Virus record (IMG/VR): IMGVR_UViG_3300031578_000122 | Location: 1-42,437 of that record | DNA length: 42,437 nt | From: a virus | Direction: 5' to 3' (one strand) | Part shown: one piece after another, positions 32,546 through 40,959 of the stretch | How positions within the stretch are numbered: position 1 is the first letter of the stretch | Layout: the number at the start of each line of letters is the position of its first letter | Translations under genes and position numbers: made by a program | The notes under the pieces: generated by a model | Seen by the model: the letters and a program-made list of their open reading frames with translations, nothing else | The model's database searches: none | What the model was told of the DNA's origin: nothing

Positions 32546-32989
32546 ATGGCACTTGACACAATTGCTGAAATTGAAATCTCCTACAACCCGGAGATACGCC
32601 CCTCTGACAGAATTCAAATAAAAGGATCTGACAAGGTGGCTGATGTTCTTATCCAGGACTGGGAAAACCTGGAACTTTATGAGACTTTTAAAATTATGCT
32701 ATTGAACCGGGCTAACAGGGTACTTGGGGTAAGCACTCATTCAAAGGGTGGAATTGCCGGAACTGTCATTGATGTTAGGCTGATACTTGCCACCGCACTT
32801 AAAGCCGGGGCCTGTCAAATAATAATAGCACATAACCACCCCTCAGGAAACTTGAACCCGAGTGAGGTTGATATGACTATTACCAATAAAATCAAGGCTG
32901 GATGCAAGGCCGTTGATATAACCTTACTGGATCATATTATTCTCACCAGTGAGTCTTTCTTTAGTTTTTCAGATGAAGGTTTAATTTAA
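32546..32989 (+). CDS. RadC-like JAB/MPN domain protein
   Basis: JAMM motif IIAHNHPSGNLNPSEVD, followed by TNKIKAGCKAVDITLLDHIIL, as in RadC/DUF2466 proteins. Confidence 0.85.
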   Translation: MALDTIAEIEISYNPEIRPSDRIQIKGSDKVADVLIQDWENLELYETFKIMLLNRANRVLGVSTHSKGGIAGTVIDVRLILATALKAGACQIIIAHNHPSGNLNPSEVDMTITNKIKAGCKAVDITLLDHIILTSESFFSFSDEGLI

Positions 32990-32999
32990 ATATAATGCT

Positions 33000-33341
33000 A
33001 TGAAAACACTATCGAGAAATGAAATGATGCAATCCCTCCGGACCATGTTCGGGGAGGATGAATTCATTAAGACCTCAGAGGAATTCTCCCAGGAGTTAAC
33101 TGGTGGAATATGGATGACTGCAGAACCCGGCCCTGACTGGAAGGGACTGCCTGTATTTGATTATTATGAGGAAGCTGATCTCCTGATGAGGGACCTCCGG
33201 GCTGAGTTTCCCATAGCCGGTGAATTCAAGCCCTCTTATGACCTGGGGGTGTTAATTGAATTTGGGGATTATTTGAAACAACGGGGCTGGTACACTGAGT
33301 GGTATGATGCCGGCACTATGATATTATGGGAGGCTCAGTAA
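33000..33341 (+). CDS. Acidic hypothetical protein (113 aa)
   Basis: ORF with about 22 Asp/Glu against 10 Lys/Arg by my count. It is aromatic-rich (GWYTEWYDAG). Confidence 0.5.
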   Translation: MKTLSRNEMMQSLRTMFGEDEFIKTSEEFSQELTGGIWMTAEPGPDWKGLPVFDYYEEADLLMRDLRAEFPIAGEFKPSYDLGVLIEFGDYLKQRGWYTEWYDAGTMILWEAQ

Positions 33342-33520
33342 TGGTAGAAATTAAGCAACTATACCTGATAGGCCCCGGAGCCTGGATCATCCACTTCGAA
33401 TATTCAGAGAGCGGGATGAACATATCCGGAAAGATCCTTCATGAAACTAAAACGCCTCTGATCTATCACCCTGAAGTGGCTAAGGGAGTAGTCCTGGCCA
33501 GGCTATCAATGGTAATTTAA
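33341..33520 (+). CDS. Hypothetical protein (59 aa)
   Basis: The ATG at 33341 overlaps the upstream TAA (taatg). The track starts at 33326. Confidence 0.45.
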   Translation: MVEIKQLYLIGPGAWIIHFEYSESGMNISGKILHETKTPLIYHPEVAKGVVLARLSMVI

Positions 33521-33537
33521 TCCATACCGTTGAGACT

Positions 33538-33574
33538 TCACCCCTTCTGGATACACCGGGAGGGGTGATCTTTT
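33538..33574 (+). terminator. Intrinsic terminator ending the first early operon
   Basis: tcaccccttctgg (33538..33550) pairs with ccgggaggggtga (33556..33568), 13 bp including two G-U pairs. The loop is ataca and tctttt follows. Confidence 0.65.
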
Positions 33575-33590
33575 GGCAGTCTCAATAACA

Positions 33591-33622
33591 TTTATTACAT
33601 TTACGCCAAGTGTAACAAATAA
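33591..33622 (+). promoter_or_regulatory. Conserved promoter/operator element, copy B
   Basis: tttattacatttacgccaagtgtaacaaataa is 28/32 identical to copy A. It has the same TTACA-N11-TGTAA arms and lies 8 nt upstream of the RHH gene ATG. Confidence 0.55.
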
Positions 33623-33629
33623 TAAACCT

Positions 33630-33794
33630 ATGGCACAAGTCAGAATCACATTACCCCCCGCCTTAGATCGTAAGGTGGAGAACCTCCAAGCGGAAGAGAA
33701 GGAGCGCAATGGAGGGGTACAATTAAGAACAAAGGCAGATCAGTGCGTCAATCTTATCGAGATAGCCCTTGATGCCTTATCCTTCAAGAAGTAA
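33630..33794 (+). CDS. Ribbon-helix-helix (Arc/CopG-like) DNA-binding protein (putative)
   Basis: The N-terminus MAQVRITLPPALDRKVENL has the beta-strand-then-helix pattern of RHH repressors. The track start at 33573 would read through the promoter element, so the ATG at 33630 is preferred. Confidence 0.5.
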   Translation: MAQVRITLPPALDRKVENLQAEEKERNGGVQLRTKADQCVNLIEIALDALSFKK

Positions 33795-33812
33795 CAACCT
33801 TAAACAACTATT

Positions 33813-35051
33813 ATGAAAAACGAAAAGTTTAAAGTTCTGGAAGTGGAGATCAAAAATTTCAAGAACATTTCTGATCTCAAGTTTTCACCTGGTGGAAACA
33901 ATGTTTTCCTGGTAGGTAAAAATGCCGTTGGGAAAACCAGTGTAATACAGGCCGTATGGTCAGCGCTCAGCCAGAAGGCACAGCCTACCATGCCCCTGAA
34001 AAGCGGGGAGGAAAAAGGCAATGTCCTGGTGGTCCTGGGTAACGATGAGAAGCGGTACACTATTGAAAGGCGTTACGTGGGAGATAATACCTACCTGGAG
34101 ATAACATCCCCGGATGGATTCTCAACAACCAGGGTGAGTGCTCTGGAAAACCTGGTGGGAAATATTGACTTTGATGTTTTCCAGTTTGTTGACCTGGCCA
34201 GGTCTGTCCCGGGACGGAGACAACAGGTGGATATCGTAAAGCAGATGATCGACCCATCCATTCTGCAGGATATTGATTCATTGAAGTCTGAAATTGCAGA
34301 AGAAAAGGAAAATAAGTCATTCTGGACCATAAAAAAGCGCGACCTCGAGGGTAGGTTCAAAGAGGCTGAACTTACATTGAGAGGGGAAAAGCCGGTGCCG
34401 GTGGATGTTAAGGAACTGCGCAGTAAGTATGAGGAAGGTCAAGAGCATAATTCCAGGCATGAGCAATTAATTTGGAAACAGACTGACCTCACAGAACAGC
34501 AACGCAAACTTGAGGCTCAGCTTAAGGAGGTTAAGGAAAAGCAGATGGCTATATCCAATAAGTTAACGACGATCCCGCTTATTGATATAACTGAGATAGG
34601 CAACCAGATCCGTCAGGCTGATCAGATCACAGCGGAAGTTGAAACCTGGGAGGCAGCGGAAAATATCAAGAGCCAATACACTGAGGCCAGGGAAAACATT
34701 AAAAAGCAGGATATCAATGTAGCTGACCTTGAAAGTAATATACAGACCCTTATTGCCTCAGCCAAGCTACCGGTTAAGGGACTTACCTTTAATGAGGATG
34801 GACTGCTTTATAACGGCCTCCCGTTCGATGACACGGCTCTGGCTACCTCAGAACTCCTGGGCATAGGCCTGGAACTTGCGATGGCTCAGAACCCACAGGC
34901 AGGGGTCCTGAAGATTGCTCGCGGGGAGTCAATAGGTAAGGAACTGATGGACTCCATACTGGCCACCGTGAAAAAGCGAGGCTACCAGGTATTCATCGAG
35001 CAGGTCAGTGATGAGGCCCAGGAACTGAAGGTTATAATTAAGGAGGCCTGA
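33813..35051 (+). CDS. SbcC/Rad50-like (SMC-type) AAA ATPase
   Basis: The N-terminus LEVEIKNFKNISDLKFSPGGNNVFLVGKNAVGKTSVIQAV carries a Walker A motif. A central coiled coil is followed by a globular C-terminal region. Confidence 0.65.
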   Translation: MKNEKFKVLEVEIKNFKNISDLKFSPGGNNVFLVGKNAVGKTSVIQAVWSALSQKAQPTMPLKSGEEKGNVLVVLGNDEKRYTIERRYVGDNTYLEITSPDGFSTTRVSALENLVGNIDFDVFQFVDLARSVPGRRQQVDIVKQMIDPSILQDIDSLKSEIAEEKENKSFWTIKKRDLEGRFKEAELTLRGEKPVPVDVKELRSKYEEGQEHNSRHEQLIWKQTDLTEQQRKLEAQLKEVKEKQMAISNKLTTIPLIDITEIGNQIRQADQITAEVETWEAAENIKSQYTEARENIKKQDINVADLESNIQTLIASAKLPVKGLTFNEDGLLYNGLPFDDTALATSELLGIGLELAMAQNPQAGVLKIARGESIGKELMDSILATVKKRGYQVFIEQVSDEAQELKVIIKEA

Positions 35052-35052
35052 C

Positions 35053-35298
35053 ATGGGTAAGGTTAAGTATTTTTATAAGGCCAGGTGCTTTTATACAGTG
35101 GAAGGGGAGATTGAACTTGAAAAGACTGCCAGTACTAATGTAATGTTTTCAATGATCCGTGAAAAGCATAACATCCCGAAGGAACTCGGGATTGATATAT
35201 CAATAAAAACTGAAGGCTATGACGAGGCTACAAAAAAAAGCAGATCAGAGGCAATTAAATTTTCCAAGCGAACTGATAAGGATGAGATTTCACCTTAA
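35053..35298 (+). CDS. Hypothetical protein (81 aa)
   Basis: It starts 1 nt after the upstream stop. Confidence 0.5.
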   Translation: MGKVKYFYKARCFYTVEGEIELEKTASTNVMFSMIREKHNIPKELGIDISIKTEGYDEATKKSRSEAIKFSKRTDKDEISP

Positions 35299-35409
35299 AG
35301 TAATCTGTACCGTGTCCAGGTTGACGGGAGATAATATGCCCCTTCGCAGAGAACTGGAAGTTGATAAGGATATGCACTTCATTTCATCCAGGGTTATAGC
35401 CCTGGAACT

Positions 35410-35440
35410 CGAGGCACTTTGACAGGTGCCTCGATTTTCT
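35410..35440 (+). terminator. Intrinsic terminator
   Basis: cgaggcac (35410..35417) pairs perfectly with gtgcctcg (35426..35433) and is followed by attttct. Confidence 0.55.
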
Positions 35441-35456
35441 TATATTACATTTTATT
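35440..35456 (+). promoter_or_regulatory. TTATATTACA-type promoter-like element upstream of the AAA_24 gene
   Basis: ttatattacattttatt shares the TTAT(AT)TTACAT core with copies A and B and with 38079..38088. It lies about 25 nt before the ATG at 35475. Confidence 0.35.
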
Positions 35457-35474
35457 CACTAAACAACTACAATT

Positions 35475-36443
35475 ATGGAAATCATTAAGGCGCACGAGCC
35501 TATTCGTGCAACGACGATCCGGGTCCTGATTTACGGGGAGCCTGGGATTGGAAAAACTACCCTCGGACTAACGGCTCCCAGGCCCTTGCTTGTGGACTGT
35601 GATAGCGGGGTGCGAAGGGTGGCCCCGCAGTTTCGATCTGACTATGTCCCGGTGACATCATGGAAGGATATCCTGGACGTCACTGAAGATCAACTCCCGG
35701 ATTATGAAACGCTGGTCATCGACACCGTAGGTAAGGCTATGGAGTTTCTTGCTGACCAGGTGAAAAAGGAAAACTATAAACTCACCAGTAAGACCGGTGG
35801 TCTCACCCTTCAAGGATGGGGAGCGCTCCTGGCACAATTCACGGACTTCCTGGGTAAGGTACAGCGCAGGGGTAAGCATATTGTCTTTGTTGCTCATCAC
35901 CGGGAAGGCCAGGAGGATGAAAAGCGGTATTTCAGGCCTGATATCTCCGGGAGATCACTCGGTAATATTGTACGGGATATGGACCTGGTAGGATATATGC
36001 AGTCCCGCAATAATGAACGTACCATCTCCTTCAATCCCACTGATGCATTTTACGGGAAGAACACTTGCAGCTTACCCCCGGTAATTAATATTCCGGATCT
36101 GTCACAAAGTGCAAGCAAGCCCCTGTCAAATATCTTTGGCCAGTACGAAACCATGCTCGAATCCCAGGCTGAAGTAATGAAGTCTTATGAGGAACTTCTA
36201 TCTGATATTGATATCCAGGTGGGATCAATTGAGGATCCTGACACGGCTGACTCCTTCTTCACCTGGTTTCAGGATATAGTTGAGATTTGGGACAGCCATT
36301 CCATTGCCAGGCTGAAGGTTGGGGAGAGGCTTAAAGATTTGAAAATCAAATTTGATAAGACCTCAGGCCGGGCCGTTTGGATAAACCCCCCGGTAGCTAA
36401 AGAATCTGTACCTTCACAGGACAAAAAGGATACAAATGTATAA
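35475..36443 (+). CDS. AAA_24-family (Sak4-like) RecA-fold ATPase, recombination protein
   Basis: IRVLIYGEPGIGKTTLGLTAPRPLLVDCDSG and LVIDTVG are characteristic of phage AAA_24/Sak4-like proteins. Confidence 0.75.
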   Translation: MEIIKAHEPIRATTIRVLIYGEPGIGKTTLGLTAPRPLLVDCDSGVRRVAPQFRSDYVPVTSWKDILDVTEDQLPDYETLVIDTVGKAMEFLADQVKKENYKLTSKTGGLTLQGWGALLAQFTDFLGKVQRRGKHIVFVAHHREGQEDEKRYFRPDISGRSLGNIVRDMDLVGYMQSRNNERTISFNPTDAFYGKNTCSLPPVINIPDLSQSASKPLSNIFGQYETMLESQAEVMKSYEELLSDIDIQVGSIEDPDTADSFFTWFQDIVEIWDSHSIARLKVGERLKDLKIKFDKTSGRAVWINPPVAKESVPSQDKKDTNV

Positions 36444-37053
36444 CATATATGCTACCCTCCTGGACAGCTTTCAATACATGCTGACAGGAAAGTTCGATAC
36501 AACCGAACAGGATATCATTGATCAACTTAACCGAGTTGAGATACCAAAAACGGAGGCCATGCTTAAAGGTACAGCCTTCCATTCCCTGACTGAAGGCCTG
36601 GCTGAAGTTTTAACGCCAAAGGATGGTTACTATGAATTTGAGTTTTGGAAATTTCCGGTTGGTCCAGTGGAAACTATTTCTGAGGCACGTAAAGGGGGCC
36701 TGCATGAGGCTTTTGTCGAGACATACCTTGATACGCCCCGAGGGGAGATAAGGCTTTACGGGATAGCTGACACCCTCCTGCGGGGGGATATCCTTGATGT
36801 GAAATGTACTGGCCGGTACCAGGCTCCCCGGTATAATAGATCCTGGCAGATGAAAACCTACCTAAAAATTACCGGTTCAAAGATGATTAAGTTCCTCATA
36901 ACTGATTATGATTTTGTGTATGGAGAGGAATACACCTGGCAACAATCCTGGGATAATGAACTCATGGATCATATTGTCAGGGTGATTGACTTCATTGAGG
37001 CCCGTGCTGATTTAATAACCCATAAAAAAGTTTACCATGATCCGAGACAATGA
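36436..37053 (+). CDS. PD-(D/E)XK family nuclease (Cas4/RecB-like exonuclease)
   Basis: The order GTAFHS...E...YGIADTLLRGDILDVKCT gives a D...D-x-K catalytic arrangement. Its position next to the Sak4-like ATPase fits. Confidence 0.6.
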   Translation: MYNIYATLLDSFQYMLTGKFDTTEQDIIDQLNRVEIPKTEAMLKGTAFHSLTEGLAEVLTPKDGYYEFEFWKFPVGPVETISEARKGGLHEAFVETYLDTPRGEIRLYGIADTLLRGDILDVKCTGRYQAPRYNRSWQMKTYLKITGSKMIKFLITDYDFVYGEEYTWQQSWDNELMDHIVRVIDFIEARADLITHKKVYHDPRQ

Positions 37054-37642
37054 TCCAAGAAGGTATCTATTTTTCGATACCGAAACCACCGGTGTCCCGA
37101 AGGACTACCGTGCTCCTGTTACTGACTCTGAAAACTGGCCCCGCCTGGTGCAATTAGCCTGGATATTCCAGGCTGCCGGGGAGCCTGACCAGGTAGGTAA
37201 TGATATTATCTATCCTGACGGCTTTAAAATTCCGGAGGATGCCAGTGCCATACATGGCATAACTACTGAAATAGCCAAAGAGAAAGGTGTTCCTTTAGCC
37301 AATACCCTATCAAAATTTTTAAACCTGGTGGATAGGGCTGACCTCATGGTAGGGCATAATATCAGTTTTGATATAAATATAGTGCGGGCTGAGATCCACC
37401 GGGTAAAGCTGGATGATGCCCTGGAAGGAAAGGGATCATTATGTACTATGATGAAATCTACAAACTACTGTAAGATGCCAAAGAAAGATGGGCGTAAGGG
37501 GTATAAATGGCCTACCCTTCATGAACTATATTTTACCCTATTTAATAAAGGCTTTGAGGACGCTCACGATGCCAGGGGTGATATAAGCGCAACGGTCAAG
37601 TGTTTCTGGAAGCTTTATGAAAAACAAGTAATACTGCTATGA
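37037..37642 (+). CDS. DnaQ-like 3'-5' exonuclease (DEDDh)
   Basis: Exo I is LFFDTETTG, Exo II is VGHNISFDINIV and Exo III is HDARGD. Confidence 0.85.
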   Translation: MIRDNDPRRYLFFDTETTGVPKDYRAPVTDSENWPRLVQLAWIFQAAGEPDQVGNDIIYPDGFKIPEDASAIHGITTEIAKEKGVPLANTLSKFLNLVDRADLMVGHNISFDINIVRAEIHRVKLDDALEGKGSLCTMMKSTNYCKMPKKDGRKGYKWPTLHELYFTLFNKGFEDAHDARGDISATVKCFWKLYEKQVILL

Positions 37643-38061
37643 TACGAGGATTTGAAAAATACACGAAGGATCTAACTGTAGTTGATAAGCGGGTTGCTGA
37701 GGCTTTGGCAAAGATGCTGTCAGCCAGGGAGGGATCTGATCTGGCCATGACTAATGAGAGAATAAGCTACTGGTTAAAAACAAAATATTGGAACCAGGAG
37801 TTTTCTGACTCAAAGATCCGGAAGTTAATAAGTTATATCAGGCTGTCACATTTGTGCCGAAGGCTGGTGGCCACCAGTCAGGGATATTACGTGGAGCCTG
37901 ATGATGATAAGGTCCGGGAATATATCCTGTCTTTAAGGGAACGGGCTGGAGCTATTGACGCTATTGCTGAGGCCATAGAAAAGGACATCACTCCGGTGCC
38001 TCAAAGCGGGGATCTGTTTGGATCAATAAGCCATACCTCACCCCGGGAGCCAGAAGATTGA
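37639..38061 (+). CDS. Hypothetical protein (140 aa)
   Basis: ATGA overlap with the exonuclease gene. Confidence 0.5.
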   Translation: MIRGFEKYTKDLTVVDKRVAEALAKMLSAREGSDLAMTNERISYWLKTKYWNQEFSDSKIRKLISYIRLSHLCRRLVATSQGYYVEPDDDKVREYILSLRERAGAIDAIAEAIEKDITPVPQSGDLFGSISHTSPREPED

Positions 38062-38078
38062 TATATCACTGAAATTTT

Positions 38079-38095
38079 TTATATTACACCACACT
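38079..38095 (+). promoter_or_regulatory. TTATATTACA-type promoter-like element upstream of the replication genes
   Basis: ttatattacaccacact lies about 20 nt upstream of the ATG at 38109. Confidence 0.3.
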
Positions 38096-38108
38096 AAATT
38101 CTGCAATT

Positions 38109-39023
38109 ATGGAAAAATGTAAATTCTGCGGGGGGGGTGGCCCCCTTCATAACCATCACATAATACCTGGAATTGAAACCAGTGATAATAAAATAAAGCT
38201 ATGCATTGATTGTCACTTCAAAGTTCATCATCCTGATAAGTTAAATGGAAATAGTGATCAATTTGAAGAATACTTTAAAGACGTAATTTCAAGGGATTTG
38301 CTTTCTGATGGATGGGGTATTATGCCTCGTAAAATACTTTATAATAATGAATTAACATCACTGGCTAAATTAATGTATTGTGAGTTATCAAGTTTAAGTT
38401 CCAGTAAAGGGTATTGTTGGCCAAGTAATTCATATTTAAGTGATCAATTTAATGTCACTGAGCGAACAATAAGGCGGGCATTAACTGAGTTGGAACCATA
38501 TTTGATTATTCAAAATAGAGGGGGGGCAGGAAGATTAATCTTTATTCATAAAGTTAACCAGGACAAAAATGTCCGGGTTGATTATGAACATGGACAAAAA
38601 TGTCCACCCCTTAGCAGTACTACCTCTATTGAATCTTTATCTTCTATTAAAGAAGAAGAAAAGATCAAGAAAAAAGAAAACATACAAAAGAAAAAAGAAG
38701 TTATCGAGGCCACAGTTACGGAGGTTATTGATTATTTGAACTTGAAGGCTAATAAGCGGTTTAATAGTAAGACGGAGGCACACCGTAGGTTTATACGGGG
38801 CCGGTTAACTGATGGGTTCAAACTTGATGATTTCAAGAAGGTTATTGACAAGAAGGTAGCCAAATGGACAACCAACCAGGCAATAAGGTCACAGATGAAT
38901 GACTATTTAAGGCCTGAAACATTATTCTGTGCTAAGCACTTTGAGTCATACCTTAATGAATCTGAATACTATCCATATAAAATCTCAGGGATAGATTATA
39001 CTCAGGTAAATGGAATTACTTAA
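38109..39023 (+). CDS. Replication initiation protein: N-terminal HNH-type zinc finger, central wHTH (DnaD-like), conserved phage C-terminus (Phg_2220_C-like)
   Basis: The HNH pattern is CKFCGGGGPLHNHHIIP...LCIDCHFKVHH. The wHTH is YCWPSNSYLSDQFNVTERTIRRALTELE. VIDYLNLKANKRFNSKTEAHRRFIRGRLTDGFKLDDFKKVIDKK...YLRPETLFCAKHFESYLNE matches the conserved phage replication C-terminus. Confidence 0.7.
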   Translation: MEKCKFCGGGGPLHNHHIIPGIETSDNKIKLCIDCHFKVHHPDKLNGNSDQFEEYFKDVISRDLLSDGWGIMPRKILYNNELTSLAKLMYCELSSLSSSKGYCWPSNSYLSDQFNVTERTIRRALTELEPYLIIQNRGGAGRLIFIHKVNQDKNVRVDYEHGQKCPPLSSTTSIESLSSIKEEEKIKKKENIQKKKEVIEATVTEVIDYLNLKANKRFNSKTEAHRRFIRGRLTDGFKLDDFKKVIDKKVAKWTTNQAIRSQMNDYLRPETLFCAKHFESYLNESEYYPYKISGIDYTQVNGIT

Positions 39024-39681
39024 GGAGCGCTACAAGGAGATCCTGGGTAAACTCCATAACCGTAAACCAGGAAGGCCCTCAACTATATTGATGGAGGGCC
39101 AGTTAGATTTACTTATTGACCTGGTAGGTGATATAGGAACTGAATTGATATCCAGTGATTATGTTATTGACCAGGATAATGATCAGATGATTGAGAATTT
39201 AATTCTCTATTTTATAGGGGATCCCCTCTTTCCAGGTGACTTGTCAAAGGGGCTACTGATGGTAGGTGGCCTTGGTACTGGTAAAACTACCCTATTCAAA
39301 ATTTTCCGTGAGATTCTCACCGGCCTACAAATCAAAGATTGGAACCTAAGGGTAGTGAAATGCACTGAGGTTGTGGAGGCCTGGGAGCATACTGGATGGG
39401 AGGGTGTAGCTAAATATAAAACCGGAGCATGGTGCTTCGATGACCTCGGGGAGGAAAACCTTGAGGCGAACCATTATGGCAGCCGGTATAATGTTATGGC
39501 TAAGATTCTGTCTGACCGTTATGAACGCTGGCAGGATGAGGGCCAGATTACCCATATATCAACTAACTACATTCCGAGTTTACTCGAGTCGAAGTACGGG
39601 GAGAGAGTTATGGACCGTATCGCTCACATGAGTAATGCCATGCTATTTAATAAACAAATAAACAGGAGGTTTCAGAAATGA
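39010..39681 (+). CDS. DnaC/IstB-like AAA+ helicase loader
   Basis: Walker A is MVGGLGTGKTTLF and Walker B is WCFDDLGEE. It follows the initiator gene with a 14-nt overlap. Confidence 0.7.
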   Translation: MELLKERYKEILGKLHNRKPGRPSTILMEGQLDLLIDLVGDIGTELISSDYVIDQDNDQMIENLILYFIGDPLFPGDLSKGLLMVGGLGTGKTTLFKIFREILTGLQIKDWNLRVVKCTEVVEAWEHTGWEGVAKYKTGAWCFDDLGEENLEANHYGSRYNVMAKILSDRYERWQDEGQITHISTNYIPSLLESKYGERVMDRIAHMSNAMLFNKQINRRFQK

Positions 39682-39884
39682 GCAGACCATTATTAACCCA
39701 GGCACAATTAAAGGACAGAACGACAGCTATAATCCACCAAATAGTTGAGGATTTTGGTGGTCATGATAACAGGGCCTTTATAAAGGCTTTAAAGGACTTT
39801 CGTAAGGCGGTGGTCCTGGAGGTTCACTATGAGTATGGGAGGCGTCTGAGGGGCGTAAAAACAGATATTGAGGCTTTATATTAA
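39678..39884 (+). CDS. Hypothetical protein (68 aa)
   Basis: ATGA overlap upstream. Confidence 0.5.
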   Translation: MSRPLLTQAQLKDRTTAIIHQIVEDFGGHDNRAFIKALKDFRKAVVLEVHYEYGRRLRGVKTDIEALY

Positions 39885-39922
39885 CCAATAATTAACTACT
39901 ATGAAAACAAAAACATTTGAAA

Positions 39923-40204
39923 ATGAGCTTACTGATTGATGATTTCTGCATTGCTGACACCGGCCTGGTTAAAGGAGGGGTGACTATAATAGTTAGCGCA
40001 ACCATACCCTCAGTTACAGATCCTGAGCCTGATGACTATTCAGAGGCCTTACAGGAGATAAAACAGATCCAACCATTTACCCCCTTAAAAATTTACGGGG
40101 TGAGGGTGGCACGTAATAAACGGTGGTATAATACAGACTATGGGTATATCAATGAGATAGCCCTATATGGGAAGGAGGTGCAAATTGAAAAGGATGTCAA
40201 GTAA
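39923..40204 (+). CDS. Hypothetical protein (93 aa)
   Basis: The track uses a TTG at 39917. The ATG at 39923 (MSLLIDDF) is more likely. Confidence 0.45.
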   Translation: MSLLIDDFCIADTGLVKGGVTIIVSATIPSVTDPEPDDYSEALQEIKQIQPFTPLKIYGVRVARNKRWYNTDYGYINEIALYGKEVQIEKDVK

Positions 40205-40520
40205 ACGGGCCAGGAAGGAAAGGGAATTGCGTAAGGTTGAGGCTGAACTGGATATGTTGCCAGGAAACCAGCGTTGCTACTTTTACCCCCTGGAAAGGAA
40301 ACGGGAATATCATCACATTATCCCGAAGTCAGAAAGTTTTAATCTTATTGCTGAACCTGGTAATTTACTGCCGGTAGGAGGAACGGCCCATGCCATATTA
40401 GATCAAGGTACCATTAGTGAGATCATGGGCCTACCCCGCATTCATGACTACCTGGCAAAGATGCTGGAACTTAATGAGGGTTACTATAATAGATTTATTC
40501 ACTTACGCTTAACTAAATAA
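40194..40520 (+). CDS. HNH-like nuclease (degenerate zinc ligands), basic N-terminus
   Basis: EYHHIIPKSE...NLLPV...AHAIL follows the H-N-H spacing and shares HHIIP with the N-terminus of the 38109 product. The ATG at 40194 overlaps the upstream stop. The track starts at 40167. Confidence 0.4.
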   Translation: MSSKRARKERELRKVEAELDMLPGNQRCYFYPLERKREYHHIIPKSESFNLIAEPGNLLPVGGTAHAILDQGTISEIMGLPRIHDYLAKMLELNEGYYNRFIHLRLTK

Positions 40521-40522
40521 CT

Positions 40523-40957
40523 ATGTATCAAAAATTACTTTTAATTGGACACGTCGGGAAGGATCCCGAGACAAAATACCTGGAAGGGGGTACTGCAGTT
40601 GCTAACTTAACCCTGGCCACCAGTGAGACATACCGTAACCGGGACGGGGAAAAAGTTACAAACACTGAATGGCATAATGTTGTTTTTTGGAGGGGCCTGG
40701 CTGAGGTCGTTGAAAAATATGTAAGGAAGGGTTCACTTATCCAGGTGGAAGGGAAGATACGGACCCGCTCCTGGGATGACCGCGATGGGAATAAGCGATA
40801 TACTACTGAGGTGGTTGCAGATGGGATGTTAATGCTGAGTAAAAAGACTGATGAAAGAGAACCCCTGCAGGAGCATGCCAGTGGACCCTCACCAAGACAA
40901 GAGCCAATACCCTCAGTATCTATCCCGGGGGAGGAACCAGACGATTTACCTTTTTAA
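40523..40957 (+). CDS. ssb: Single-stranded DNA-binding protein
   Basis: The OB-fold pattern is LLIGHVGKDPETKYLEGGTAVANLTLATSE...TEWHNVVFWRGLAEVVEKYVRKGSLIQVEGKIRTRSWDD. The acidic tip is PDDLPF. Confidence 0.92.
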   Translation: MYQKLLLIGHVGKDPETKYLEGGTAVANLTLATSETYRNRDGEKVTNTEWHNVVFWRGLAEVVEKYVRKGSLIQVEGKIRTRSWDDRDGNKRYTTEVVADGMLMLSKKTDEREPLQEHASGPSPRQEPIPSVSIPGEEPDDLPF

Positions 40958-40959
40958 TC

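Noticed and set aside
33573-33629. The upstream extension of the RHH ORF (MAVSITFITFTPSVTNNKP).
   Set aside because: It is a translation of the conserved promoter/operator element, which is duplicated in a non-coding context at 31521..31552. The start was moved to 33630.
35219-35422. A 67-aa + strand ORF overlapping the end of gene 35053..35298.
   Set aside because: It overlaps the upstream gene by 80 nt and ends inside the terminator hairpin. At most, a 28-37 aa remnant (GTG at 35312 or ATG at 35338) could be real, and there is no supporting motif.
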